A DNA stretch of 64,000 bases from positions 103,993-167,992 of the forward strand of contig QPMI01000473.1 of the NCBI GenBank assembly GCA_004431415.1, written 5' to 3'. How positions within the stretch are numbered: position 1 is the first letter of the stretch; each line of letters opens with the position of its first letter. The position numbers and the translations under genes were made by a program. Positions 23,233 to 36,561 of this stretch are shown piece after piece. Under the pieces are notes generated by a model. That model did no database searches. It was not told the origin of the DNA and saw only the letters and a program-made list of their open reading frames with translations. Source of the stretch: Cyanophora paradoxa CCMP329. Lineage: Eukaryota; Plantae; Glaucophyta.

Positions 23233-26200
23233 ATGCGCTCGTGGGCCGACCTGTCGCCTGCGCGGAGTCCGCAGCGCCCGCACAGCCCGAGGAGCCCGAG
23301 GCCCTCGGCAGCGCCGTGCTCGACGGCGACGTCGTGCGACGATGCCGCCGCTCTTCTTCGCGCCGCCGAGAAGTGCGCGGGGCGATGCGCCCCCTCCGGA
23401 TTTGGGGTCGTGCGCGCTCTGAATGCCTTCAGGCTTTCCCGCCTCCTCGCGGCCTCCACGAAGTCGGACAGCGTGGACGTCGATTTGAACGATGTCCCGT
23501 TGGCGCTGGACATCGAGGCGTCCTGCGTCGCCGACGCCCTCGCCGCTTCCCGGTGCGCCGGCGCGACACGATCTGGAGCTTCGCGCCGGCTCACCGGGCC
23601 ACGCGGCGCTTCGCGCAGGTGCCTCATCCGCAGGTGGCCGACGAAGACTCAGCGCAGGGCGACGCCCTTCCCGTACGCGGAGCTGGACGCGGAGGAGCCG
23701 GAGTGGGCGCGCGGCCTCCCGCCCTGCGTGGGGCAGCACGCGGCCGAGGGGGCGGCGCCCCTCCCGGAGTACTCCCGGGCCTACGCCGAGCTCCTCGGGC
23801 GGACCCTCCTCGAGTCGCCCGGGGGCGGCGCGAGGGTCGAGTCCGTGGCGGAGCTCGCGCGCGGGGCGGCGATTGCGGAAGAGGAGCGGGCCTCGGCCGC
23901 GCGCTTCGTCGTGCTGCACGGCCTCGGTTCCCTCTACGTGGCGCCCTTCCCGGGGGGATTCCTCGAGCTCTACTCGTGGCCCCGCCGCGCCTGGCGCCCC
24001 TCCGAGGTCTCCTGCGTCGCCCTCTTCGCTCAGATGGCGCGCCCCGCCCGCCCCGCCCCGCCCCGCCCGGCGCCACCCGGCGCAGCGTCGCGCCGCCGCT
24101 GACGCGCTCGCGACGGCAGATCGGGCAGGCGATCGCGCTCTTTGAGACGCGGCTGGACCGGGACCGGTGGCGGCGGCGCGACTCGGCGCAGGCGTCGACC
24201 TCGTCGCAGAGGAGCGCGACGCCCATCGCCGCGCGCGACGTCGAGCGCGTCCTGTCCCGCACCGCCTCCGCCGCCTGCGCCCGCCTCCGCGCCAGCGTGC
24301 GACCGATCCCCGCTGCCCCGACCCGGCCCCGCCCCTCCTCACCGGCCCGCCGGCAGCGCTGCGTGGTGCGGCGCATTGCCCCGGGCTCGAGCGGCGAGCT
24401 CACCTCGGCCGGCTGCGAGTCCGACTCGGCGGTGCGGGGCCGCGCTCCGCCCTCCGCCGCCCTCCGCCGCGCCCGGCCCGACGCGGCCGCGCAGCACGCC
24501 GGGGCCTCCCTCCCGCTTGCGGACAGCTACTGCTCCATGCTCCTCGAGCGGTGCCCGGCTGCTCGATTCCCCGCGCGAGCGTCCCCGAGCCGCCGGCAGA
24601 TCCGTCGCGGAGATCCTGCAGAGCGCCCGGCCCCTCGACTTCGAAGGCGTCACGGACGGTGCCCTTTTGCCGCGCCGCGGCCGCCCGCGCGCCGGCGCGC
24701 CCGCCGCCGAGCGCCTGCGCAGAGGGGCGGCCCTACACAGCCCTTGCCGCGTGCATCCGCGACCGCCAGGGCATCCCGTGCGCCCGCCGGACCCGCCTCC
24801 GGCCCGCGAGCCCTCCGGCGCCGACCCGGCGGCCGGCGCAGGATCGGGGCGATCGAGGTGTCTTGGGACCACAAGCGGGCCGTGGACGACGACGAGCGCG
24901 CCGCCCTCGAGCACATCGCCGAGAGCGTGCGCCCGTTCCGAGCGCGCTCCGAGCACGCTCGCTCTGAGCGGGCGGGGGCGCAGGCGAGCGTCGGGCTCGA
25001 GCACGCGGCGCGCTCCGAGCGCCTCTCGTCGGCCCTCGCGCACAGCGCCGCCCTCATGCGCCTCACCAACACGGTCCGGCCCGCCGCCGCGCCGCGCCGG
25101 GGCCGGGGCCGACGGGGCGGGCAGATCCGGGCGAGCCTGGACCTGGAGACGCTGCTGCAGACGGCGGCGGAGGCGCTGGCGGCCGCCCTCCCCGGGGACC
25201 GCTTCGTGGTGCGCTACGTCGAGGACGCGCAGCCGCAGGCCGGCGGCGAGGCCCGCCGCCCCGGCATGCCCCCGCTCGCCCCCGACTACTTCACCTCCCC
25301 GATCATCCAGGCGCGCCCCGGCCCGGGCCCCGCTCCCCGCTCCCCGCGCGCCGCGCCGACGCGCTCTCGCAGCGGCGGGTGTTCGGGCGGGACCGGCTGC
25401 TGCCCATCCAGCGCACCTACTCGCTGGAGGTGGCCGAGCCGCAGCCCGGGGAAGACGGCAACACGCCCGAGGCGAGCCGGCGCGCGCGCGCGCTGCAGAC
25501 CCGCCCGGCGCTGACGGGGCGGGGGCGGGGCGGGGGCGCAGTTCCGGGAGTTCCAGCGGGTGATGCGGGGGTCGGGGATCACGCGGGCGCTGCTGCGGGG
25601 GTCTTCCTGGGGGACGAGCTGCTGGCGCTGCTGAGCGTGCACAGCGCGCGCGACTGCGCGTGGCCCGCCGAGGACGTCGCCCTCCTCGACGCCGTCGTCC
25701 GGCCCCGCCCGCCCCGCCGGCCCGCCCCGCCCGACGCCGGCGCAGGGCGACCAGCTCGCCATCGCCTTCTCCCACGCCCGCGCCTTCCGCCTCGAGCGCG
25801 AGCAGCGCGAGCAGGCGCCCCGCCCGCCCCGGTCCGCCCCGCCCGCCCGGCGCTGACGCGGGGCGCGGCGGGCAGCTGCGGCAGCGGGAGGAGGAGCTGA
25901 ACGCGGCGCTGGCGCAGTCGAACGTGCTCTCGTCGATCGTGGACGCCGTGCGCAGCAGCCTCGACAAGGCGCGCATCCTGCAGGCCGCCGCCGACGCCCT
26001 CGGCCCCGCCCTCCACGTCGACCGCTGCACCCTCTGGGGCTTTCCCGCCGCCCCCGCCCCGGCAACGCGCATCCTCTGCCCGTCGTCGCCTCGTGGGCCG
26101 CCCCGGGGGCCCCGGCTCGCGCGCCGCCGCCGAGGCGCTCGCGGCGATGCCGGCGATGCAGCGGCGGGTGCGGCTGGCGGCGGGACGCGGGCCGGTGCGC

Positions 26201-26310
26201 GGGCGCGGGCGGGGCGGCGCGGGCGTCGCTGAGGGCGGGGCAGAGGAGGAGGTGGCGGCGCTGGAGGACGTGCTCGAGGCGCCCGGCGGCGGCGCCGTGG
26301 GAGACGAGGA

Positions 26311-26342
<32 letters not shown>

Positions 26343-29300
26343 GCGTCCGGTGCGCCCCGCCCGCCCGCCCGCCGCCCGGAGCCGCGCCGCGGGGCGGCCC
26401 TGACGGGATGCAGGGGCTACCTCGAGATGGAGATCAAGTACGGCGGGGAGGTCGTCGGGTGCGCCGGCGTGGTTGTGCGCCGAGCCGCGCGGCGCGCTGA
26501 GGCGCGGCAGGCGGCTGGAGCTGCACACGGCGGCGCGGCGCGAGTGGGCCGAGGCCGATCGGCGCATGCTGCGGTGCGGCGGCGGCGGCGCGGGGCGCGG
26601 GGCGGGGCGGCGGGGTCCGACGGGGCGCAGGGCGGTGTCGCGGCACCTGTCGGTGTCGCTGGCGCACGCGCGGGCGTTCCGCGTGGAGCAGGAGCACCTT
26701 GCGCAGGTGCGCGCTGCGCCACGCCGGCCGCGCCGGGCTCGCCGAGCGCGGGCGGGGCGGCAGCTGCTGCGGAAGAACGCGGAGCTGGAGGCGGCGAAGG
26801 CGGACGCCGAGCAGGCGGTCCTCGCGAAGCAGAACTTCCTCTCCGTCGTCAGTGCGCGCCGCCGCCCGCTCCGCGCCGCCGCGCGCGGCGTGACGTCCGC
26901 GCAGCGCACGAGCTGCGGACGCCGATGCAGTCAACGATCTCCATCTGCCGCCTGCTGCAGGACACGGGGCTCACCCCGCAGCAGGAGGCCCGCCGCGCCG
27001 GGGCCGGGGCCCGCCGCGGGGCCGGCGCTGAGGGCGCGGCAGGAGTACCTGGAGATCGTGCAGAACAGCGGCACGGCGCTCGTCGAGCTCATCGGCGAGA
27101 TCCTCGGCGCGCCCCGCCCCGCCGCCCCGTCTCGCCGCTGACGCCGGCTGCAGACTGCGGCAAGATCGAGCGCGGCGCGATGGGTGCGCGGGGCGCGCGG
27201 GCATCGCTTGGTCCAGGTCTGATCGTGAGGGGCGGGCAGAGCTGGACGTGAGCGCGTTCAGCGTGCGGTCGGTGGTGGAGAACGTGGTCGACCTGCTCGC
27301 CCCCACCGCCGCTGTCCGCCCGCCGCCCGCCGCCGCCGCCGCCTCCGCGCCGAGCGGCGGGGCAGATGAAGGGGCTGGACTTCTCGGTCTACGTCCCCCC
27401 GGGCCACGCCCTGCCCCCGTTCCTCCTCTCCGACCCCCGCCGCATCCGCCAGGCCCGTCCCCCGCGCGCCCCGCCCGTGCCCCCGGCGCCTCTGACGCGC
27501 CCCGCAGATTCTGATCAACCTGATGGGCAACTCGAGTGCGCTGCGGCGGCGCTCGCGCGCGCGCGCGCCGGCGGCGCTCTGACGGGGGCGGCAGTCAAGT
27601 TCACGGCGCGCGGGTCGGTGGAGCTGATCGTCGCCTGCGACGAGGCGCCCCCGCCCCGCGCCCCGCCGTTCCACTCGCCCGCCGCTGAGGCCGCTCCGCA
27701 GTGCGAGCCGCCGCGTGCGGGCTCCCGGCGGCAGTCGCAGCGGGCGCCGCGGCGGGCGCGCGGGCGGCGCGGCCGCAGTGGCACCAGCTGCGGCTGACGG
27801 TGCGGGACACGGGGTGCGGCATCCGGCCCGAGGACCGGGTGAGCGGGGCGGGGCGGGGCGCGGAGGCGGGCGGAGGCGGGCGGGGCTGACGCGCGGGGCG
27901 CAGGCGAAGCTCTTCGCGTTCTTCTCGCAGCTGGACCAGACGCGGACGCGGCACTTCGAGGGGTCGGGCATCGGCCTCTTCCTCTCGCGCAACCTCGCGC
28001 ACCTGCTGGGCGGGGAGATCGCGGTGGAGAGCGAGGGGCCCGGCAAGGGCTCCTCCTTCACCCTCTCCCTCCGCCTCCAGGCCCGCCCCCGCCCCGGCCC
28101 GGACCCCAGCCCCGCCCGCTGTTTGAGCCGCGTGGCCAACCCTTCGGCGGCAGGCGGGCGCTGGGTCGGAGCCGTCGATGGTTCCGCAATGCGAACTGAA
28201 GTGCCTCGCGGGACGGCCCTGCCTCATCGCCGTCGAGAACGACACGAGACACAGATACATGCGCGAGCAGGTGACCCCGGGCGCTCCCCTGCAGCGGGCG
28301 CCGCGCCGCGTTCGATGCGGGCCGGCGCAGTTCGCGGTCTGGGGCCTGTCGGTGCTGCCGCAGCGGCCGGCCAGCGCCGACGAGCTCCGCCAGGTGGGCC
28401 GCCCCGCGCCCCACGGCCCGCCCGCCCGGCGCGGGGCGAGCGGGCGGGGCGCAGGCGGCGGAGGCGCTGGCGGGGGGGCGGAGGGCCCCGTGCTCGTCGC
28501 CACGGACCTCGTCGACCGGCCCCTCGCCCTCTCCGGCCCCGGTCCGCCCCGCCCCCGCCCCGCCCCGCCGCCGGCGCTGGGGCGGCGCCGACGCGAGCGG
28601 CGGCGGCGCAGGGGCGGCGGTGCGGTGGCTGCTGCTGGTGCGGCCATTCGGGCTCGACGGGTCGTCGGCGGCGGGGGCGGGGGCCCCCGCGGAGAACGCG
28701 CAGTACCTCAAGAAGCCCGTCAAGCAGGAGAAGCGTGCGCGCCCCGGGCCCGCCGGCGCGCCCCCGCCGCCCCTCGCGATCGGGCGGGCCGGCGCTGCAG
28801 TGTTCGCGGCACTCGAAGCGCTCCTCTGCCCTGCTGAGCTGAATGACGGGTGCCCTCGCATCGGGAAACCCGATGAAACGGCGCAACTCACCGATAAAAT
28901 TGGTGCGACGGCAACTGAGATGCCGCGCTCGTTCACTCGTACTTGCCCGATGTATTGACATCGTCACTTTCGCAGGGCCGCACATCGGGCAGGCGCACCC
29001 GCTCTCCGTCCTGCTCGCCGGTGCGCCGCCACGCTGCCCGCCGGCGCGGGCCGCCCCGAGCGGCCGCCGGCGCGCAGAGGACCAGCCGCTGAACCAGCGC
29101 ATCGTCGTCCTCATGCTCAAAAAGATGTGCGCGCGCGCCGCACGCCGCCGCGGGCGCCGCGGGGGCGGGGGCCGACGTGCGGCAGGGGGTACGGGGACGT
29201 GGCGGTGGTGGGGAACGGGCTGGAGGCCGTCGAGGCCGTCGAGCGCCGCCCCTTCGACGTCGTCCTCATGGCCCGCCCCGCCCCGCCCCGCCCCGCCCGC

Positions 29301-29787
29301 CCCGCGCCGCTGAGGCCCGCGCGCAGGACTGGATGATGTGCGCGGGGCGGGGCCGGGGCCGGGGGGCGGGGCGGGCGGGGCTGACGGGGGCGGGGCGGGG
29401 CAGGCCGGAGCTGGACGGCCTCTCGGCGGCGCGCCGCATTGTCGAGACCGTCCCCAACGAGCGCCGCCCCAGCATCGTCGTCCGCCCGCCCCGCCCGCCC
29501 CGCCCTGCCCCGCGCCGACGCCGATGTGCGGGGCAGATGCTGACGGCGATGGGGAGCCGCTCGGACCGCGACCTCTGCCTCTCGGCCGGCGTGCAGGGGT
29601 GCGGCCACCCGCCCGGGGGCGGGGCGGGGCGGGGCGGGGCGGGGCCGACGGGCGGGGCGGGGCGGGGGGCAGGTACCTGCTGAAGCCGTGCCGGGTGGAG
29701 GACCTCGCCCGCGCCCTCGTCGACGTCTCCAAAGCCCGCCGCGCCCACGCCGGCTTCTTCGGCGGCTTCATCGCCCCCGCCAACTAG
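23233..29787 (+). CDS. Hybrid sensor histidine kinase, ~4 GAF - HisKA - HATPase_c - degenerate REC - REC
   Basis: GAF starts IRASLDLETLLQTAAE and VRSSLDKARILQAAAD. H-box NFLSVVTHELRTPM; N-box ILINLMGNSIKFT; G1 VRDTGCGI; G2 EGSGIGLFLSRNL; ESEGPGKGSSF. REC motifs AEDQPLNQRI, DVVLMDWMMPELDG and YLLKP. Confidence 0.9.
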
Positions 29788-30559
29788 TTCTCAAGCCCGG
29801 GCACGAGTAGCCGCCAGGCCCCCGGGCCCCTCGCCCCTCCGGATATTTAATTTGCATCGCTTCCTTTCCAGTTTCTTAGAGTCTCTCTCTGTATATATCT
29901 GCCCGCGCCGCTCGTCTATGCATCAGATAGGTACAAGTGTTTACATAGGACGGGGACGACTGCCGTGACGGAGTCGTCCTTCCAAATTTTGAGTTCTTTC
30001 GATGCTCAGACTGATAGCGGATACGTAATTGGTAGCTGATCTCTGCCGTCGAGTTTTTTTGGTTCACCGTCGCGTGCGCATTCGCTCGCATGCGTATGCG
30101 GATCATTTGATCCTATTTACGAGCGATCCGCTGGTGGTGCTTGTTTTCAAAGCTAGATTGGATACTACAAGCTAGCTATATAGGATGTCGTGTTTCTTGA
30201 CCACGCCTCGCGCATTTCTTCGATTTGAATATTTGCATTTCAGTTCGTAGCTGTATCTATACTTTTGAACGTATTGCCGAAAGGGAATGTCATTGCAATC
30301 ATCGAATGATGATCGAATAAATAATGATTATAACTATATGCTGGGTAGATCATGATCAGGCGACAGCAGAGAGCAGGGATGTGGCTAGTTTCTAGACACC
30401 TCCACTGCGCATGCGGGCTGCCGAGGGGGCGCAGGTAAAGCAGAAGCTTAAGCTAATTATGATCATGACAACTGTGGGCGGGGCGGGGCCGGGCGGGGCG
30501 GGGCGGGGCGGGCCCGGGGGCGGCAAGAGAAACCGCGCGCAGCGGGCGGGGACGGGACC

Positions 30560-30790
30560 TGGACGCGTACGTCGTCGGCGAGGAAGAGGGGCCCGGCCCG
30601 GGGGCCTGCGCGCGCGTCGCGATCGGACCTGCAGGAAGGTCTGAGCGATCGAAAAAAGAAGGCACCTGAAGGATGATGGTCTGGGCGAGGGCGCGCCAGC
30701 GGGCGGCGTCCTCCTCCGAGTCGGGGGGCTCCGACGCCAGCAGCTGCCGCGGCGGGCAGCGCGCCGACTTGCAATTGACGGCGATCGCGA
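30560..30790 (-). pseudogene. Small spliced coding fragment, function unknown
   Basis: APDSEEDAARWRALAQTIILQ is followed by a short GT-AG intron and then GC-rich intron-like sequence. No complete gene could be built. Confidence 0.25.
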
Positions 30791-31465
30791 GTTGATCACA
30801 ATGCTACCCGGTGATTCGGCGGTGAACCGTGACCGGTACGTATACCCGGCGATTACCCGCTTGCGATTCAATGATTGGAGCGCTCAATATTTTAATTGCC
30901 AGGCGCAATTGCAATGCCATTGAATGCCGGCCAGCATGCGCAAGGCCTAATTATATAAGCTTCAAGGCTTGCAAGTTGCAAGTTGCAACAATTGCCAAGT
31001 TGCAACGTTTAACTGCCAACAAGGCGCGCTCGAGCTCGGTGGCAACGTACGTACGCGTATACGTTTACTGGAGAACTGGTTAACTAGTAATTTAGTACAG
31101 GAAAATAATTAGCACTTCGCCAAAAATGCCACTTTAGCAGCTGCATGGTATGGCGGAGCCGGGACTACCCCTACAATTTCTCGGCTTTAGCAGGCGGGAA
31201 ATATTTAGTAGATCGCCCAAAAACTTTTAGTACTATAAATATGCAGCCCACTAAATATTTCTAGCTCTCCATATGTAACTTTGGCCCGCCGGGCCCGGCC
31301 CGCGCCCGCGCAGTCTCGTCGACGTCAGCTGCAGCCTGCAGGCCGCTGAGGCTGCAGCTTCCCAGGCTGGTGGCTCCTTCCCGCCGAGCGAGCGCGCACG
31401 CGAGCTCCCCAGCTGCAGGCTGCAGCGCGTGCAGTATACGTATACGTTGCCGCGGAGGCGCCGGC

Positions 31466-33822
31466 ATGCAATTGCAACCGCTAGCAGGAACCGCCAGCAC
31501 CGGCGCCGGCGCTGCTCTCGAATCCCTTTCGATCAGCGACCACGCATGCGCAGATGCGCATGCGGCGAGTGAAGCTGCGGCGAAGCTCGATCGCTTCGTG
31601 CTTTGGATGCGGGAGAACGGCGTCGACTGCAGGCAGTTCGGCGTGGAACCGCACCTGTATCCGGGCATGGGCGTCGGGCTGCGCGCCACGCGCCCGTTTG
31701 CGGTGTGTGCGCCGCGCCGCCGCGCGCCTCAGCCTCAAATCCGCGTTCGCAGAAGGACGACGTGCTGGTCACCGTTCCACTCAAGTTTCTCCTGCTAGGG
31801 CGCTCCTTCATTCAGATGTCCGCTCGCCGCGCGCATGCGCGGCCTTGCGCGAGGGCCCCGGACCGCTCTAGATCTGCTCACGAGGGCCCGCATGCGCAGC
31901 CCGCAGTTGCCAACGAAGACGAACTTCATGGAAGCCACGGCCGGAGCCGCGGTGCGATTGCTGCAGGAGGATGCTAACCCTCAGTCCTTCTGGCGGCCGT
32001 ACCTGGGTGCGTATTGCGCGGGCGGGGCCCGGCGCGGGCCAGCGAGTAGGGCGAGATCTAGATGCCCGCCCGCAGACCTGCTGCCGCGATCCTTCACAAC
32101 CCTGGACTTCTTTGGCGACGAAGACATCGAGCTGCTCGCCTGCCCGCTCCGGAAAGGTGCCGCGCTCTCCGATACGTGCCAGTCCCTCGCACTGAGTCGC
32201 CTTCCGGCGACCCGCAGCCGCCGCCCGCAAAAGCCGCGACGCGAGCTCGCGGACCGCGGCGGAAATGTACGAGCGCGCCAGGCCCGAGCTCGACGTGCGA
32301 ACGCGTACCCCCCGTGGGTCCTCGCTGCACCTCGCACCCCGCGGCCGAACCACGGTCGGCCCTGCGCAGGCCCTACCCTCCTCGCACCGCACCCTCGACG
32401 CGTTCCAGTGGGCCATGCGCGTACCCCCCCCCCCCCCCCCGCCCCCACGGCTCTGACCCCCCGAAACGCAGGCAAGCGGCGATGATGAGGCTGTTCGCAG
32501 TGGACCCCGCCGAGGGCTTCAACCCCTTCCAGCTGGCCCTCGTCCCCTTGGCTGACATGGCCAACCATGCGCCCCGCAACTCACACAAGCGCGCCCGGGC
32601 CGCGCTACTCGCGATCGAGCCCGGGACCTGACCCCGCCACCGCCAGCTACGCTTTCGACCACGAGGAGGAGCACTTCTTCATCCGCGCGGGCTGCGAGGT
32701 CGCTGCGGGGGACCAGATCTTCATCGAGTGCGCGCCCCCCGGCCCCGTCCGCGCCCCGATCGCGAGTCTCATCCGCGATCGATCCGCGCCTGCAGGTACA
32801 GTCCCCTCCTCTGCAACTGGAGGCTCCAGAAGCGCTACGGGTTCATCGTTCCGAACAACCCCCTCGACCTCATCAAGGCGGGGACCTCGACCCTTTTCAG
32901 CGCGGACCGGGCCTGGCTGACGGGCGGCGGCGCGCGCAGGTCAAAGCTTCCGACGTTCTCGCGGTGGTCGGGCCCGCGCTGGGCGCGAAGGAGATCGGGG
33001 AGGAGGACTGGAAGAGGAGGGAAGCTCTGCTGCGCGAGAAGGGCTTCTGGAGGCGCCCCGCGCTTTCTATTACCTGCCTGCGAGCTCGTGGGTAACAGCT
33101 AAGGTGCAGGGGCATGGCGATTGAAGCGGACGGAGCGCCCAACCCCATCCTGAAGCGGTGCATCCCCAGAATCGCAGCGCTCTCGCGAAGCTCTGGCTAA
33201 GTGAGGTTCGTGTTGTTGCGCAGGGCCGTCTGTGTGGCGAGCCTCCGGCGGAAGGTTCGTTGGGGCCTTGGGACGACTAGGAATGGGGCGCACCGGCCCG
33301 ATCTGCGCCGAGTTTCGCTGAGTCTCGAGCCGCAAAGGCGGAGGAGGGCGAAGAGGAGTGGGCGGCACGGCTGCAGGCGGTCTTGGACGGCAAGTTCTCG
33401 CAGGGCGTCAGGCCCGACGATGCAAAGGTGAGGGGCCCCGGCCAAGGCTTCTCCGGCCGACCTCGCGTGATCATGACGTGGCGCAGCGCTCGGCCGCGCT
33501 CCTGACGCAGCTCTTCAAGCGGGCCCAGGCGCGGCTCGCTGGCTCCGAGGCGGTGCGCGCCGCGCTCAGACCCTCCCGACGCTCCTTCGCCCAATTGCAA
33601 ACGGCCGCCGCGCTTGTGAGCAGGAGGACGAGCGGCTGCTGCGGGACGACTCGCTGCGGCCGACGGCACGGGCGGCGGTCGAGTGGCGGCGCGAGCAGCG
33701 GCGGCTCGTGCAGGTGCGCGCGCGGGACCGGCCCGCGCGCTCCCGTCTCACCGCCGCCGCCGCAGCGCATCTTCGTCCAGCGTCAGCGGAAGGCTCCCCC
33801 GACGGCGGCGGCGGCGAACTGA
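31466..33822 (+). CDS. SET-domain protein lysine/histidine methyltransferase (SETD3 / Rubisco LSMT family)
   Basis: GMGVGLRATRPF, SFWRPYLDLLP, LVPLADMANH, GDQIFIEYS..CNWRLQKRYGF, then a helical C-terminal substrate-binding-like region. Confidence 0.85.
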
Positions 33823-33899
33823 CCATGAGGCCCTCGGCCGCCGTTCGTGCCGGTGTCCACCCCCCACTCCCCCCCCCCTCCGCCCCCCCCCCCCCCCCC

Positions 33900-35473
33900 C
33901 CTCCCCTCCCCCTCCGCCCCCCGCTCCTCCAGACGCTGTTCATCGTCGGCCGGGCCCTTTTCCCTTCGCCGTCTTCGGCCGCCCCCTTTAAGTTAGGCGC
34001 GGAATTCGACGGCAGGGCAGGGGGACGCCGGGGCGGGGCGCCGGGGTGCGAGCTGGAGGGCGGCGCGGAAGCGCGCCATGTGGGCCCAGAGCTCCTGGGC
34101 GCGCCCGAGCCGCGGGGGGAAGTACGCCTGTCCGCGCCCCGCCCGCCTCCCCAAGTCAGCTGAGACGCGCGAAGGGCCCGAGGGGCGCACGAGGTAGAGG
34201 CTGTAGAGGCTCTCCTATATGGCACCCGAGGGCTTTGGCCCATTCCCCTGCTTCTGGCTCAGAGCCTTGCGGCACGGCGGGGAGCGGGGGCAGGGGCGGG
34301 GGATCGCGATCGATATCGGCGTAAGCGTGGCCGAGCTGGTAGAGGGTGGGGCCCTCCACGACCCGCTGCGTCCGCCGCGCCCGCCGCGAGAGCTTCTGCT
34401 GGCATCACCCCGGCCCGCCGCCTCGCGCCGGGGTCGCGGGCGGCGGGGGCCGAGCGGGGGGCGCTGGAGGCACGCACGCCGAGGAGGCGGATGGTGAAGC
34501 GGTGGAGGCGGATGAAAGTCTGCGGGGCTCGCGGCACGAGGCGGGGGGGGGGGGGGGGGGGAGGAGGGGGGGGGGAGGGAGGTCAGCGAGGGCAGGGGGA
34601 GAGGGGGAGGGGGATGATGAGGAAGAGGGGATGGGGAGAAGAAGGAGGAGCAGGGACCGATGGGGATAGGGGGGGAGAGTTGGAAGGGGAAAGGGGGGGA
34701 TGATAGAGGGGTGGGGATCCGGAGGAGGGGGCGGGGAATTCGAACGCACGTCGGGGCCGGGGGGGGCGGGTCTCACTGGGGAGGGGCACCCCCGCCTCCA
34801 CGTGGGCTCTCTGCGCCCCCGGCCCGCCGAGGGTCGGCCTGGACGTGGGGCGGGGCGGGGCGGCGGGGCGGCGGGGCGGGGGCGGACGACGCGGTCTCGG
34901 ATGGCCATGGGGCTCGCCATGTCATGCTCCGGGAAGCTAAACCTGCGCGCCGCTGGTGAGCTGGGGCCGGGCGGGGGCCCACGGCCAGCCGCAGGGGCCC
35001 CCTAGAGCGGGCACAGACGTGCAGGGTGGCGCTGGTGGAGAAGGCCCGCGGCCCGGTTCGCGCTCTGAGGGCGGGGGCCCGATCCGAGCGGGCCGGCGCC
35101 GGCGCGTCGATGTCAGCTGGGCAGGGCGGGGCGGGGCGGGGCAGCTGCAGGCGGGGCGGGGCGGGCCGAGACTGCGGCGGGGAGGTCGAAGGAGTGGAGG
35201 CTCGGGATCTCCATCGCGCGCCGCAGCTGCCCCTGCGCCCCGCGCGCGCGTGCGTGAGGCGAGCTGCCGCACGCCGTGAACGTCTCGCCGGCCCGCTCCC
35301 CGCCGGCGCTGCCCAGCGCTAGCGGCCCGCCACCGCCCTGCCAGGCTTCCCGTGCCCCCGCGCCCGCCGTCAACCGCGGCCACGGCCGCCGCCTCAGGCG
35401 CCGCCCACAGCTGCCTCCTCCTCCTCCTCCTCCCTCCTCCCCCGCGCGGGCGAAGCGCTCGCGATCGGCCATC
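33900..35473 (-). CDS. Hypothetical intron-containing gene, convergent with the SET gene; boundaries uncertain
   Basis: Exons ESLYSLYL|AYFPPRLGRAQELWAHMARFRAALQL are joined by a GTGCGC..CTGAC..CAG intron. Possible ATG near 35473 (MADRERF). Homopolymer-rich. Confidence 0.3.
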
Positions 35474-35966
35474 GCGATCGCGATCGCCGCCGCCGCCGTC
35501 GACGTCACTCTTCCCTCGACGCCTGTCGCGCCCGCGCCCCCGGCCTAGATAGCTTGCAAAAATTGGTGCGCAAGCCCTAGAGAACATTCGGCTTTTGACC
35601 CCCCCCCTCCCCCCCCTCCCCCCCCCCTCCCCCCCCTCCCCCCTTGCAATTAGACTAGTACTGGGACCCTAGATATATATAAAGAATTCGAGGCTTTGAA
35701 GCGACGAGACCATTACACGAAAGCTGACTGATATGACACCGATTACGTATACACACAATCGCGAGACGGCCATGGACTGGCACCACGGTGAACCACTGCA
35801 GCTGGGCCATCCATCACGGTGGCAGAACGATCGCCGTTACTTCTTCTTGAATCGTTCTCCCTTGGCACTGAAAACAGAGCCATCTGCGCCTGTGCAGTTC
35901 TGCTTTGGGTTCGTTGCGGTCCCCATCCCGCCGATCTGGTCGGAGAATCCGTCAAGGCCGAGTTGA

Positions 35967-36561
35967 TCATGAACGCCGCTTGAACGCCACAAAATCGAAA
36001 GAACGCGGAAGCTCGTTCACCGATTCACATGTCGGGTAGTTTGCGTACGAGACCTCGCATGCGAGCCTGTCGAGCTCCACCTCGTCCAGCATGAAAGTCT
36101 GGTCGTCGTACATGTCGTCCTCGAGCTCACTTGCAATTGGCAATTGCAATTGCAAGGGCATAACGCTTGTCAGAGATGCAGAAGATAGCTAATTGCCCGT
36201 TTGAAAGGGCGCACGCGCACGCTTCAGCGTCGCTGTTGGGATCAACGGCGCTGTTGCAATTGGTGCCTGCGGCTCCGAGCATGTCCTCCTGCTCGGCCCC
36301 ATCAGCACCACCGGTGGCGTCCTCTTCTGCAGGGAAGAAGTCTGCGAATGGGCCCGACCTGCCGCCGGCCGCGCGCGGGCCGCGTATGGTCAGTTGGGAA
36401 CGTATACGGTAAACATATATCCGTAAGCACGGAAGGGGAATTATTTTCGAGTATCGCGATCGATGCATATGCGTGGCGCCAGCGCTAGCTTTTTCGTGGC
36501 GCGGCGCGCGGCGTGCGTAACACTGCGTATACAGTGTGCTCACTCGTGCTCGGCGTCCATG
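35967..36561 (-). CDS. Small hypothetical spliced acidic protein
   Basis: Coding-looking segments SGPFADFFPAEEDATGG...NSDAE and ELEDDMYDDQTFMLDEVELDRLACEVSYANYPTCES are flanked by splice-like signals. Confidence 0.25.

Noticed and set aside
23233-29787. Phytochrome call for the kinase
   Set aside because: No PAS-GAF-PHY core, and no DIP/PRxSF or chromophore Cys-His motif seen.
31080-31265. AT-rich segment with a short inverted repeat (AAATATTTAGT/ACTAAATATTT) as a MITE
   Set aside because: Termini and TSD could not be defined.
35599-35644. (CCCCCCCT)n tract as a telomeric repeat
   Set aside because: Short, irregular, internal homopolymer-like run.
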